Shown: piece after piece, positions 63,871-64,000 of the stretch
How positions within the stretch are numbered: the first letter of the stretch is position 1
Layout: the number at the start of each line of letters is the position of its first letter
Source: Escherichia coli
GTDB lineage: Bacteria; Pseudomonadota; Gammaproteobacteria; Enterobacterales; Enterobacteriaceae
Length of the DNA: 64,000 nucleotides
Assembly: GCF_041886205.1 (NCBI RefSeq)
Contig: NZ_CP169029.1
Reading direction: 5' to 3' (one strand)
Made by a program: the position numbers and the translations under genes
The notes under the pieces: model-generated
Database searches by the model: none
The model's input: only the letters and a program-made list of their open reading frames with translations
What the model was told of the DNA's origin: nothing

Positions 63871-64000
63871 TCTATTGACAGCAAAGCGGTCACGCAAGAG
63901 AAACAGGAGGGGGATGAGGGGTTTGTGTCATGTTTTCAGTTGGTTAACGCAATGTAATCAGGCATTTCCCCTGGCAGAGTGTTCAGAAGAAAATCCAGTT

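Overview
The window reads as Escherichia coli chromosome, and I recognise most proteins from memory of E. coli K-12 families; no searches were run. It has three parts. (1) 1-23.4 kb is conserved core: yqhD (partial), yqhC, yghB, metC, exbBD, yghA, yqhA, gpr/yghZ, an apparently intact yghX, yghW, the complete hydrogenase-2 operon hybOABCDEFG, yghU, gss, pitB and the three paralogous P-loop genes yghT/yghS/yghR. (2) 23.4-34 kb is a block that, as I recall, is decayed in K-12 (yghQ shortened, yghO a pseudogene). It holds a flippase-like membrane protein, an orphan protein, a YtfJ-like periplasmic protein, an LptF/LptG-like permease pair, and a convergent, translationally coupled operon of fatty-acyl-AMP ligase, SDR reductase, acyl carrier protein and alpha-oxoamine synthase, with a divergent GNAT-like gene (yghO). 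I read this as a candidate sphingolipid-like or aminolipid synthesis and export system, and it is the most interesting uncharacterised module here. The glycolate operon glcC/glcDEFGBA follows (34-43.5 kb). (3) 43.9-64 kb is an accessory island: a four-gene Wadjet (JetABCD) SMC-like anti-plasmid system, an IS110-family element inserted into a gene, and a CP4-44-like block (CbtA/CbeA toxin-antitoxin, YeeT, RadC-like, KlcA/ArdB antirestriction, DUF932, YeeR-like membrane protein, Antigen 43 with its three-GATC phase switch). No rRNA, tRNA or CRISPR array was recognised. All coordinates come from the supplied ORF track plus manual start-codon inspection.
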